64,000 nt of DNA from Fimbriosthenelais zetlandica (taxonomy: Eukaryota): assembly GCA_977030845.1 (NCBI GenBank), contig OZ365113.1:12834001-12898000 (forward strand). Reading direction: 5' to 3'. Position numbers and translations under genes: made by a program. This document shows, one piece after another, positions 1 to 12,016 of this stretch; position 1 is the first letter of the stretch; every line of letters begins with the position of its first letter. The notes beneath the pieces were generated by a model, which had not been told where the DNA came from, made no database searches, and was given only the letters and a program-made list of their open reading frames with translations.

Positions 1-50
1 TTCAACGGCTAAGTTGGTTTGAAATTGTATGGTAAGTCTTCGGTATTTAC

Positions 51-210
51 CCAATGGAGGCTTTGGCTTTTCATTTGGCTTCTCAGTCAGTAGTTGTGAT
101 CTGTCACTTTCCTTCTCAGGCACGTCATCGAAGGTATAGATTATCTTGGGTGTTGGTTTCTTGGCCACATAATCGCCTTCGTCATCGTCTGTAGGCGTGA
201 TGGGGGCAAG
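51..210 (-). CDS. TNFR-superfamily receptor, cytoplasmic exon (LAPITPTDDDEGDYVAKK...KPKPPL); gene continues left of the window
   Basis: ctaccAG acceptor at 212/211, phase 0, open frame; probable donor TTGG|GTAAAT at 51/50. Confidence 0.75.
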
Positions 211-437
211 CTGGTAGGAGTTCTTTTCCAAGAGCAAATTATATATGATATAATCCACATATATAAGCCCTACCAATATTACTAAATGATACACTTATAT
301 ACTGAAATATGTTCTATGTTCTTGACAAATTGTGTTTCAGTTACGTTAAAAATTGTTATATTCTATATTAATAATTTGTCTTCCAGCTTTATTATGATCT
401 GTATATATTAATTTATCTGTAGCCCTCTGTAGCATAC

Positions 438-581
438 CTTGTGTTTAGAAGGGGTGAACATTTGCCTTTTGCTACCATTGTAGCGGTTGAAATAGAAGCC
501 AAGTAGGAAGAAGATGATGGCGCAGGTAAAGACAACTATGATGATGGGTGCAGCTCCTATCGGCTCTGATTTAGTGGCAGC
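438..581 (-). CDS. TNFR-superfamily receptor, transmembrane exon (AATKSEPIGAAPIIIVVFTCAIIFFLLGFYFNRYNGSKRQMFTPSKHK)
   Basis: cacAG|GCT acceptor and AAG|GTATGC donor; 144 nt, phase 0-0; ~21-residue hydrophobic segment followed by basic residues. Confidence 0.85.
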
Positions 582-2682
582 CTGTGATATATAAATGAGC
601 ACATATTCTACCTGTCAGCAACAAGCCAAGGGTATACATACACCCCCGTCAATCAATTCTTACAGTAGTACGAATATACTGAAATTATGGCCTTGTGATT
701 TAGTACAATGTCAAAGAATGTTATATATAACAATAGTGCCAATGTAATATGTTTGACCAATTCTGAAAACATATTTCCAAGGTAATACAGAAAATTTATC
801 AATAATAGCTTTTATAATGTGTATCTTCAAGAATGATTAGAATATTCACAGCAATAATTATTATAGATGAGTATACAGGGAGAAAAGAAGTTAAAATCAT
901 GATTTTCCTGTCTGTGACATCCATCGTTGAAAACATTTTGTTGACTAAAAAACATACAGACATAGATTATATGGCTGTGCTAGTCATGAATCCAAACATA
1001 TATTTAGATATTACTCTAGTTGTTTAGATAGAGAGTAAAACAACAACATAAAAATAGCAGATGGATCAATATGTTTGGATCAATATTCAAGTATGATTGC
1101 TGGGAATTTAATACGATGTCTCGTGTGTCTGGTCCATTAAGATGAGCAGTCATGGGAGAGGATTTCTTTCTTTTTAAAAACTGGGCTTGGCTTATTATGC
1201 TCAACATTAAGTAGGAACTTCCAATTCCTCAAAATAATGATACATATTAAATAGAGAAAAATATCTAAAACCTCAACAGATTGTTTGCTGACTTGATCCT
1301 GACCATCTGCAGTATGTTCTGGTATATCCTTGATATCACATGCCGAATCCTCTTTCAGTTCTTGACGATCACAGCGTGGATTGTTTAATGCCTCATCCCT
1401 CTCCGGGGGACTGAGATTTCCAGCTAATTCACCTTCAGAACCTTCTCCAAGGGCGCCATGGATCAACAACAAAAAGAGACAGGAGCTAAGAGCACCTAGC
1501 CTTAGACCAATCCATGCCCTGGTTCCCTTCTTTTTCCTCCTCTCTCGAACATGAGTCCATATATTGTTAATATTCATAGATGTGATTATAGACAACCAAC
1601 TATATAAGCCGGTATTATGCTTTCACAAGTGTCTTGCAGCTATAATATGATTCTGCCTTCCTATTCACTATATGTCAAATGACTCAGAGGCCTGGAGATG
1701 CTATGTAAGTTGGAAAGCTTTTGGAGCTGCATTCCTCTGCTGTTGCCATCGACAGCAATGTGCCTGTGGCCAGCAACCTTAAAAATCAGCACTCTGTGTT
1801 GGCTTGGTAACCAGACTGCGTGCTAGAAGACGAGGGGGACTGCTCACCTCTGACTATGTGTGAGGGTGGTGCACAGTGTAGGAAATAACCCCATGTATCA
1901 TGATTCACATTAATCATCTATACTGATCTGCTGGGATTTATTCTCATGCCTATATGAAATATATGTGGCTGTCCATGTATGGTTTAAACTCACTTTAATC
2001 AGGATTATATTATAGATCTATACCATAAATATAGAAATTCATAGATTTAGTTACAAACTGATGAACAAAATCAGATCTGAAAAGAAAAAAAAATCTTAAG
2101 GAAGCAGACCAAATGCTTTAGCTAGTGAGTGGCCGCCTTCATGCTGGGAAAACACAGTGAACAAACAATCCACCCATGCTCCACCAGGTGGCTGATAAAC
2201 TAAGTCCCCTCGCATATTCACCAATGTTACTCTTATGGTGCTTTTCACAGTAGCTGACAGTCAACCTATACAAAGACCTGCTTTTGATCCATCAATTAAA
2301 TAATGTTCTTCATATACATGAGAAATGCATCTTCTGAGGCAAAACAGGTGCAACCAACAATTTAATGTTTCGCTTTAAATTAGCTAGGAGTCTTAATTAT
2401 CTCCCGTGCATAATATTTGCTTTTTGAAATCAATAATGCAAATATATTTCCCTGAAAATGCAGGTAAAACCCATGATGTAAAATAGTAATCTCGTAATCT
2501 AATAGTAAAATGGAAATCTCAAAGGTAACCAAATTCCGACAAGGATGAACACGCCCTTTTTGATAAACAACGACCCAACTGAAGCAAATAATTCTGTATG
2601 AGCGTTATAGGTATATAGGCCTACCAACTAAGAATGTACTAAGCTGCCATTTGTATATGAATGATTAACATAGAATAATTAC

Positions 2683-2729
2683 CTCGATACCAATATCTTC
2701 ATCACTATCCAAAAGATCTGGAGTGGCTT
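2683..2729 (-). CDS. TNFR-superfamily receptor, 47-nt stalk exon (EATPDLLDSDEDIGIE)
   Basis: ttttttttcAG acceptor and GAG|GTAATT donor; phase 1 to 0, joining the flanking exons in frame. Confidence 0.8.
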
Positions 2730-2860
2730 CTGAAAAAAAATACAAGTTAGGAATCATGAATAAACCTCTATGAATTCATTTCTACCTACTTTAGAGAATT
2801 GCAGTCTGATCATCAATACCATACGTATTCATTGTATTGTCTTTTAGACATGTATCATAC

Positions 2861-3983
2861 CTTTGTTTCCATCCCTTGTATCGTCTTTATTAATTAGAAT
2901 GGGTACATTTCGATCCACAGCAATGACTGCTACATCAGGGGTAGCCAAACTTTTGGTGGGCCCATTTTTTAGAAGGTGTATTTTGTTTGTGGTGCCCTCA
3001 GGCACCAGATGAAATTGATCAGTGTTTTTTTTTGTAGCATATATTTCATATTCCTCTCCAGACCCTTCATCCATTTTCAATGGATATTCAGTGAACATTT
3101 CAGTTTTTGTGACAGTGTCCTTATTTATCAAGTGTTTAACAGCTATGTCTTTTGCGGACATTTCCGAACCTGACAGAGTTTCTACATCATCTAGGCCTAA
3201 GTCTGTGATATTTTCCATTGGGATATTGCTGATATTTTGTGTAGGAACATTTGTCAGGTTGGCTCTTCTCAAAGGGGCAAGATTCAGTTCTTGAATCTCA
3301 TCTTCTTCCTCAGAAGTAAGATCCTGATTATTCTGATTATGATTGAGGGAATTATTGACGATATGTGCACCACTTTCTGCTGCATTAGCAGCTTCCTTCC
3401 CATGCACCTCCTCAGGCAGAGGGTCCGATTTTCTTTCTTTGGATGATCCATATTCATTTTCTTCAGAACTCCCATTTTCTGCTTCGTTCACAACTGTTAT
3501 TTTAAATTCACTGGGGTCCGTTTCATCCAATGGCATACTATCATCCAGGTCATTCTGACTGTCCCCTTCCAGAACTGCCATTGGGTCATCACCAAGCATG
3601 TATGAAGCATCAACTTTATGAGGCTTTTCATACTTTTTAGTTGACTTTCTATGTGTTTGATGTTTATAAGTAATGCATTTATTGATATAATCTTCATTAA
3701 TTGCTCCATCTGATTCCCTACAGCGGGCACAAAATACATCCACTGTGGATGTACATGGATGTAACTCAAATAGGCCATCCCCGCACAGAGAACATGGTTG
3801 GCAGGTCTCGTCAGTGCTGTCCTTCGTTGAATGATAGCCTGTCTCACAAGGTCGGCAAAACGTGTCCTCATAATGGCTACAATGTCGCTCAACGCCATAT
3901 CCGGGAGGGCAGGGAGAACACGAAGTTTCTTTTGGCGCCATTTCCGCTTGGGCTATGATGCCTCTCGGCGCTGACGATACAAA
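2861..3983 (-). CDS. TNFR-superfamily receptor, large exon: two TNFR Cys-rich repeats plus long acidic stalk
   Basis: Acceptor ctttcaAG at 3985/3984 and donor AAAG|GTATGA at 2861/2860 (phase 0 to 1). CSPCPPGYGVERHCSHYEDTFCRPCETGYHS...CQPCSLCGDGLFELHPCTSTVDVFCARC has the Cys spacing of TNFR repeats (p75NTR CRD3-4-like). The remainder is D/E/S/N-rich. Confidence 0.88.
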
Positions 3984-4258
3984 CTTGAAAGATGCATAAA
4001 AAGAGACAGTATAGTATCTGTTGAATAGTTCCTAAAATAACTCGCCGTATCAAATATGAGTAGCACCACAGATAGTGATAAGAGCTTACATGAAGTCTAA
4101 TCATTATTCTGACCTACATTAAGCCTAAAGACAAATTTTATTTATTCAAATCACCATGAAAACAAAATAAAATGGACATCACCAGGATAATATGGCTCAT
4201 AATAAATGCACAAAAGAAGATGTTTCTATGAATTAGATTGTGAAAAATGGCTACTTAC

Positions 4259-4309
4259 CTTTGACACTGTTGATGCTAACAGGACATATATAAGAATGTT
4301 TGGGGCCAT
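4259..4309 (-). CDS. TNFR-superfamily receptor, first coding exon (signal peptide MAPNILIYVLLASTVSK)
   Basis: ATG at 4309; hydrophobic N-terminus; donor AAG|GTAAGT at 4259/4258, phase 0, matching the next exon. An acceptor tttctttcAG at 4330/4329 implies a further upstream 5' UTR exon. Confidence 0.8.
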
Positions 4310-5504
4310 TTTATATCCATATACTTTCCTGAAAGAAATGTTAGCAGCTTTTTAAAATTATATTGATTTCCATGTTAATCAATTCGCATAATGTTACTCA
4401 CCAGATGAAAGGATTTAATAATATTAGGCCTAATAGTAATATTAATGGGTGCGTTCTTGGTATACCCGTACGGTATTGGTCTAATAATTGATGGTATAAT
4501 CTATATTATATTCCATACATTTGAAAAAAGATCTGATTGATAATCAAGGACATTGTATATATCGTGAATGCCAAGTGGTGCAGAGAGATATACCGGATAG
4601 ATGTCTATACATAGCATTCAGGAGAAATGTTCTTTGCCATTTGACATATTGTAGTCAATATTATCAAATCAAAATAAATCTTACTTGTAAAAAGGAAGCC
4701 TAGTTATGTGTTCAGTCAAGGTTATGCCTATAGATAATTTCTAGTGCATTAAATATGGACCTTCAATTGAGAAGCCGTCAAGAGTAGTCGGAGGCGTATG
4801 CAGTTACTGAGTACTATACATACTCTGATTTCTTATCATTCACTTGGACTCTGGCCTCTAATATGGAGACTGAAGCGCAGGGCTTTCACTGAAGCTGAAG
4901 AATGTTGCAACTGAACAAATTGTATATCCATGAATTAATTAAACCTGAGTGTCCAAACTGAACTCCATACATCATTAATTGTATAATAATCCATATAAGC
5001 CTATATATATACATATGACCTCTTAGATATCACTTACTACAGTACATGACCTCCACCGTAGTCACTTTACACTTTGCTTTACATCACTCTGCCTTATGAG
5101 AATATATCGAAAATCACATCTGATTAGGCCATATATAATATTGATATCTTCCTTTTATATACAATGACACTATTTATGACACATTCTTTTCTTTCTTACC
5201 TTACATTGTCTCTTTAGCTCTTTTGTTTGCGGTAGGCCTAGGTATTATATGTGACCTGTTTTCAAGAAATGAGTCTAAAGTCGCAAAAATGGATTTTGAC
5301 TTAGTTGCAAAAATATTTATATTTTTAATAAAATTTCAAAAGTATAAAAGTAGTGATTGGGTATTAGGGGTTTAATACGCTGCCAATGCTGAATCTACAT
5401 CAAACTCAAACTCATCAGACTCAAACGAAAAAACAAAGCCCAAACAAACAATGTTTAGCAATATATCTGTGGAGATCGAGGGACTAGCGAAAAGGGAATC
5501 GCAA

Positions 5505-5572
5505 ATTACAGGGAATCGAACCCGGGTCTCCCGTGTTCCAGGCGAGCGTCTTACCTCTGGACTACCACGCTC
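5505..5572 (-). pseudogene. tRNA-derived (Gly/Asp-like) module with A and B boxes
   Basis: TGGTAGTCCAGAGGTAAGACGCTCGCCTGGAACACGGGAGACCCGGGTTCGATTCCC resembles eukaryotic tRNA-Gly(GCC)/Asp(GTC); acceptor stem is not intact. Confidence 0.7.
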
Positions 5573-5660
5573 ACAAGTTCCAAGTGCTTTTAGGTATAAC
5601 TCCTACATCCACCTAGCTAAGTTAGCCCATGGCAAGGCTGAATCACAATATTTATAATTT

Positions 5661-6490
5661 TGTAGCCCCCAGGACCCTCCCCGTCCCCCAAATTTCACCC
5701 CGACCCTTATGCCCACCCTCCATCAACTCCCTCCAAAAGCCCCAGCTCGATTCAAAGGGCTAACCTGTCAAAATCCATTGGAATGGCACACTGTGTAGCT
5801 ACTGTCCATAGGCGCCAATGTTAAAAATTCTCTAGCCCCCCGGACCCCTCCCCGGCCCCCAACCCTCACCCCAACCTCCATGTCTACCCCCAGTAAACAC
5901 CCCAACACCCTCCCAAAAATTCAGCCTGATCCATTGCCTCTAACATGTCTAAATTCCTTGTTTTCCGCAAAAGTGCACGCTCCATAGGCGCAATGTTAAA
6001 AATCACTCACGATTACAGGAATGTGTGCCACAGAGCCGGTTTGCCAGTCCACTCCAATCGGCTCTTTCCATACTTAATATGTGTTATTTTTACCCCAAAC
6101 AACGGTTATGTATGACTTATGACCTCTACTGATAAATATCAAAAGAGCAGAGACGTAAAACGAGGATAATACCGATTTTTGCGAAGTTAACCAATCGGCC
6201 GTTCGTATACTGGCCTATAATTTGGCCTTTTAAAAACCTTAACAGCGCCCTCTCACTAAAAGTCGAAAAAGTTGAATAACTTTGTAAATAATGGGTCTAA
6301 AATTACAATTTAAACGGATTATTCTTAGTTAGGAGACCCTTCAGATATCTATGTGGTTTTTGTTCCGATAAATTTCATTTAAAATTTTAGATTTTCAAAA
6401 TGGACTGAATTTCTTCAATTAGCATTGGAGTCAATGGAAGGAGGCGCCTGAGCGCCAGTGGCGACCCGAGAACGGCGGAAACGTGAACTA
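5661..6490 (+). mobile_element. Modular repeat family, copy A (subfamily alpha): two ~170-bp C-rich units plus ~490-bp body ending GTGAACTA
   Basis: Both units end in CCATAGGCG(C)CAATGTTAAAAAT. The body is near-identical to 17975-18525 and homologous, inverted, to 7091-7778. Helentron/HINE-like identity is inference. Confidence 0.75.
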
Positions 6491-6599
6491 CTATGCGCCA
6501 GCCAGCATAGACGGAGTATCTGTCCCGGTGAGGCTATTCGCTGGGAGGACGAGGCTTATCATACAGGCTACAGCCAGCATAGTCTAAATGAAAGTGGAG

Positions 6600-7010
6600 G
6601 AACGCCCAGCAAGGGTATATAGGCCTTGTGATATTTATGGTAAATAGTGAGGGAACGCCTAGCAAGGGTATATATATATGCCTTGTGATATGTAGGCCTA
6701 TGGGAAATAGTGAAAGAGCGCCTAGCAAGGGTATAGGCCTGATGATATGTATGGGAAATAGTGAAGGAACGCCTAGCAAGGGTATATAGGCCTTGTGATA
6801 TTTATGGGAAATAGTGAAAGAACGCCTAGCAAGGGTATATAGGCCTTTTGATATGTAGGCCTATGGGAAATAGTGAAGGAGCGCCTAGCAAGGGTATAGG
6901 CCTGATGATATGTATGGGAAATAGTGAAGGAACGCCTAGCAAGGGTATATAGGCCTTGTAATATTTATGGGAAATAGTAAAAGAACGCCAAGCCCGGGTA
7001 TAGGCCTTGT
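6600..7010 (+). repeat. Minisatellite of 8 units (51-63 bp) with ABC-ABC-A higher-order structure
   Basis: Unit GAACGCCTAGCAAGGGTAT...GGGAAATAGTGAA starting at ~6600, 6653, 6716, 6767, 6820, 6879, 6930, 6983; two units recur at ~18560-18645. Confidence 0.92.
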
Positions 7011-7090
7011 GACATACAGCGGCGAAACGGTGAACTACAGTAGGCTATTATGATCTCGCCAAAGCTCTCTACTCCTTTATCATAGTAGAA

Positions 7091-7778
7091 TAGTTCACCT
7101 TTCTGCCGCTTTCGGGTCGCTTCAGTCGCTCTGGCTTGTCCTTCCATAGAGTCCAATGCTAAAGCCTCAAATTGGCACCATTTTCAAAAATCGAAATTTT
7201 AAATTAATTTCAGTTGCACAAAAATCGCATAGATACCTGGAGGTGCTTCCAACTAAGAATAATCCGTTTGAATTGTAATTTTAGACCCATTATTTACAAA
7301 GTTATTCAACTTTTTCGACTTTTAGTGAGAGGGCGCTGTTAAGGTTTTTAAAAGGCCAAATTATAGGCCAGTATACGCACGGTCGATTTGTCACTTTTGC
7401 AGAAATCGGAGTTTTCCTCGTTTTTCGTCTCCACTCTTTTGAGATGTATCAGTAGAGGTCATAATTTATACATAACCGTAGTCTTGAGTGAAAATAATAT
7501 GTATTAGGTAGAGAAAAATCCGATTGGAGTGGACTGGCAAACCGGCTCTGTAGCACACATTCCTGTAATCGTGAGTGATTTTTAACATTGAGCCTATGGA
7601 GGGGACACTTTTGCACAATCCAAAGGATTTAAACAGGCTAACCATTTCGAATCAGGCTGAATTTTTGGGAGGAAGTTGGGGTCGGTGGCGGGGGTAGACA
7701 TGAGAGTGGAGGTTGAGTTTCGGGGCCGGGGAGGGGCCTGGGGGGCTAAATAATTTTTAACATTGGACCCTATGGCAG
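7091..7778 (-). mobile_element. Modular repeat family, inverted copy A' (subfamily beta)
   Basis: Reverse complement aligns by eye with 5810-6490; shares diagnostic sequence (GAGGCTTTAGCATTGGACTCTATGGAAGGACAAGCCAG) with the copy at 19427-20098. Confidence 0.75.
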
Positions 7779-8457
7779 CAGATATTTGCGCTAGATTATA
7801 CAAGCGGATAAACCAGGAACTATTCGTTAAAACTGGTTGAGGTTGGCGTTTTAACACGATTTCTGCTGTTATCCAAGCTATAAACATCCGGTAACTTCAC
7901 CTGCTCATAACTTGACAAGTTTTCATCGATATTGAAGGGCTGTTTTGTGAGCCAAACAGGGATTACAACTACTAAAAGTGAGTAGACTGACACTTAATTA
8001 TCACGATTAACAGGCCATGCAGGTGACGAGTGTCAGGCAGCCTGCTGTACGGGTGTGTGCTCAGGAAATAACCACCGCAATCATGTCTTTGGCTTAATTT
8101 AGTATGGATGGCGGGGCTAAATGAATGGGCCGTGGGTGTGACACGCATAGAGCTAGTGAAGGGCCCAGGGCCCAGGCTTGAAGGGGGAACATATGAGTTA
8201 TATATAACAGACTTCTGTGCGAAAACTATAAAAACTAGGTAAAAACCTTAATAGATTAATTCAACTAAGGAGCCTATAAAATTTGTCCAATATAGGGAGG
8301 GGAGATAGGACATTAAACGCTAAACAACTGACGTTTTTTCCCATCTCAAAATTTTTATTTCAGAATTTAATCATTATAAAACAGTAGGCGGTGGTCTGAG
8401 ACCCACTTTAATTTTTAAAAATTTATTTTATATATGAGGCCTAAATTATCTGTTCTC

Positions 8458-8507
8458 GTTCAAAAATACATAGTTCTTAATAGTTCAAAAATACATACTT
8501 CTTAATA
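8458..8507 (+). repeat. 25-bp tandem duplication
   Basis: GTTCAAAAATACATA(G/C)TTCTTAATA x2. Confidence 0.9.
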
Positions 8508-11501
8508 TACGGTACTGGGCATTCAAGGACTGTTACCGTGTTGGGTGGTCGTCTGACTCCAAAGGAAAGTAAATAGTTTTGTTAACTTGCTTACTTTTGA
8601 GATGCCCCCTTATATATAAGCCATGATTGTAGGCCCTATCAGAGACCACACCTGAGTGATCCACAAATTAAATGCCAATCATGAGATATTACTGTCACAT
8701 GTCATTTCAGTAATGTTAAACACCTTTATTTGGGTTAGATGCGCATTGTAATAGCTTTATTTAACATGTAAAATTATAGGAAAATTCGAAACTGCTTATT
8801 TTCAGGTCAGAATGGTTGCAAAGAGCGCCTGGGCAGACCCAGCGGGAAACCAGGGAACCAAGATTGAGGGGTGCAACATATGCCACCTATCTTGCCACTG
8901 CTGTACTAGTACTAATCACCTGATAATAAGAACCAATGGACAGACACCTAACAAAACCTCTAGTTGCTTGGCAGTGTGACGACTCTCAGTGCCAATGAGA
9001 AGGCTGTGGTTTGCATCACCATGTGACACCTCTCTCGGCCAATGAGAAGGCTGATCTGAGGAAGTCTGCAGCAACGACCAAGAATCAGTCTTTTTCTGTC
9101 TGGACAGCAAAGGAGGCAGTTGTGTCAGGTGAGTGTTCACTCATAGGAATTTATTCTGTATTCATTGTATAGTCCCTGCCACCTTTCTCCACCTGGATCT
9201 GGACATCAACTTTCCTATTGTATTTACTTTAGTTTTTATTCTTATTCTCGGCCTGTATGACTTATTTATCTAAATTCCTTAGTTGTTTTCTTAAACTTTC
9301 TTTTTAATCATATCCATGCTAGACTTGTGGAGAATGGCCAACTGGATTTTACAATAGTTTACTTGGTTTTAGTTAATGTATTATATATTGTGTAAAATTT
9401 GTGGTGGTAATATGGCAGCCATTTTAATTTATCACAGTACAATTTAATGAACTATTCAGCCTGTGTACTGGCCGCATTACTGTAATACAACGAGACTATT
9501 CGGAGTTAAGGTTCTGTTAAATTTGTATCCATGCCTATACTTTTGTTCTTTCACTTGTCTTTTCATACTGACACGACCATACGTTCAGGGGCACCAGGCA
9601 TTTCCCCACTCTCCATTTGTACTGCCGTCGTTCAACCACCCTTCATTCGTCCAGTAAATACTGACAAAAAGTAAGTTATTTTATTCCTTGCTATTGGACC
9701 CAACTAAGAATTGGTGATTTTCTCGTGGCATTCATGAAGGCAGGACTGCAATATTTCAATGGCTTGTAAATTACGCAGTTTCCTATTGCTGAATTCCCCC
9801 CTTGTTTTGGGCTGTCCAACAAGGTTTCTTTTAAAGAAATTATCCCCATTGGAGAGCTGTATTTGTCTGCTAACTTATCAGAAATAGTTAGAAATTGATT
9901 TAAATTTGAGCCGTTGTGCGCCAAATTATCTCCTAACCCTTTCATAAATTTCTTTCGGAATTTAATTACCCTTATCCACTAAAGTATCCCCAAATCTTTT
10001 AGAAACTCATTTGTTTGCCCCATGAATGCACCAGGAAGCCACCAATTTGTATTCTAGGCCTTACCTTTTTACTTGAATGCAAGACTTGAGCATTGGTTAC
10101 TTCTTTACAAACTGGGAAAAAGTACAGCCTATTGGCCAGGTAATATTTTTAATTGTCATTTTAACCCGCAATCTAGGGTACTTTCCTTGCAGCCATAAAG
10201 TTTAAATCTCCAAAACGAATTCAGTCAGTCCGCAGCTCAAGTCTTGTCTCAAGCATTTCATAATTTAGTTGAGTGTGAAGTTGTTAGACTCGAGGCTTAG
10301 TTTAAGTAGGAAGGGGAATGTTTAACTGCCGTGTCCCAACCCCTGACTACGGGCATGAAAATTCTATGGCAATAAATTTCCTGGCTTTGCAAAACTGAAT
10401 ATCTTAATTTTGACCAGATTAAGAGGCTTCTAAAGTATACCAAGATATGTAGTATATTACTAATGTAAATTAATTGAAGCAAGTTAGGTAAAAAGGTCTA
10501 AAGTCAATTAGTGAAAGTTATAAATTATTTGCTGTATAGGCTTAATTGTAGTTAGACTGCAAGTTTAGTCTTTATTTATTTTAAATTGATTTTCTAAGTG
10601 CATTTATCTTTCAAATAGCCATTAGGAACTAGGAAGGAATTTTAGAAAACAATTGATATATTCTAAAAGAGCCAACCTAAAAAAATTAAAATGCCTACTT
10701 CCTTGATAGGCTATTAAAATTAGGTCAGAAAGTTTGGTGCGTTTCTGTAACAGTAATATCCATATAAGCTAGATCTAGGCCTTTAAATAATTTGCAAAAC
10801 TAGATAGAGGATGAACTAAATGGTTTAGTATGGCCATTTCCACAGCAGATAGTGCATGAAAGTTGTATCTGGAGTTTATTCCTAAACGCCAAAAATAAAA
10901 ATTCCTGATAAAATGTCCACTTTCACACAAATCAATTTGTAAAATACATGTATATAGCCTTTAAAACTGAGTTAGATTAGGCATTTTAGTATAATTATTC
11001 TGGATGTAAAGTTAAGTATATTTTTGGTTAAAAATTAATGCCCCATAGAAATGATTTTGTCAGTTTTATACTGCTAATGTATAAAGATAGACAAGGTGAA
11101 CATTATTTTCAGTATAATTTGTGTTCATAAATAAACCAAAAATCTCAACTCTGTAGTTCTAGACAGGTTTGTTAGAAATTTCATTTATGGCTTATTTAGG
11201 GAAACTAATTTCTGTGTAGATAGTGTAGCTTTAGATTTGCAATACATGGTAAATTTGTGTACACTGCAAATAAATTTGTATATCTAAATAAGCCAAAATT
11301 AGTATACAGGATATAGCATGAGGTGATGCTGAGTGATATGAAAATAGAAGTAGGCATTTCAGTGTGTTCAATTTTATTAACAAATGTTCTTTTCCCAGAG
11401 ATGTGTCAAAATGTTATCTTGATTTCTAAGACTGTTTTATGTCTTCTTTTCCAGGGGATATCAATGCAGCAGAGGTAAAGTGCTTGAGATGTATGAAAAT
11501 G

Positions 11502-11580
11502 GACCATTGTAGCAGTTTGATGTCCCAAGAAGACCTGAAATGACCATTGTAGCAGTGTGATGTCCCAAGAAGACCTGAAA
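11502..11580 (+). repeat. 40-bp tandem duplication
   Basis: GACCATTGTAGCAGT(T/G)TGATGTCCCAAGAAGACCTGAAA x2. Confidence 0.9.
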
Positions 11581-11910
11581 AACAAAAAGTTGCAGCTTGA
11601 TTCTTATGGTGAAATAAAATTGTTGAACTGAAATTGTATATATGTTTGTATTCCTTTTACAGCTCTTTTAATTTGTTTGGTCTTTCTTGCCCAATTGATG
11701 GGAAGATTGACTGAACAAATTAAAAGATGTGCCTCTGGGCTTAACCCCTGGAGGTGATTTTTTGAAAAATCCTGGCTGTGTGGGCAGAACCTATCTCGAG
11801 TGTCAACGTCAACTGGCCCTTCTGGCCATTGACAGTAGCTTTGGATTTTCCAAACTCAACTGTCAGTAGTGACTATTGACAGTAGAGAAGGAAATAAAAA
11901 AAAAGAAGTT

Positions 11911-12016
11911 ACTGTCAACTAGTTGACAGTGCTTCTACTAGTGTAGTAGAAGCACTGTCAACTAGTTGACAGTGCTTCTACTAGTGTAGTAGAAGCAATG
12001 TCAACTAGTTGACAGT
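11911..12016. repeat. Nested palindrome tandem array, 43-bp unit x2.5
   Basis: Perfect 20-bp palindrome ACTGTCAACTAGTTGACAGT alternating with hairpin GCTTCTACTA-GTG-TAGTAGAAGC. Confidence 0.95.

Noticed and set aside
11911-12016. Palindromic repeat array as a CRISPR locus
   Set aside because: The intervening sequences are identical rather than unique spacers, there are only 2.5 units, no cas genes, and the context is eukaryotic.
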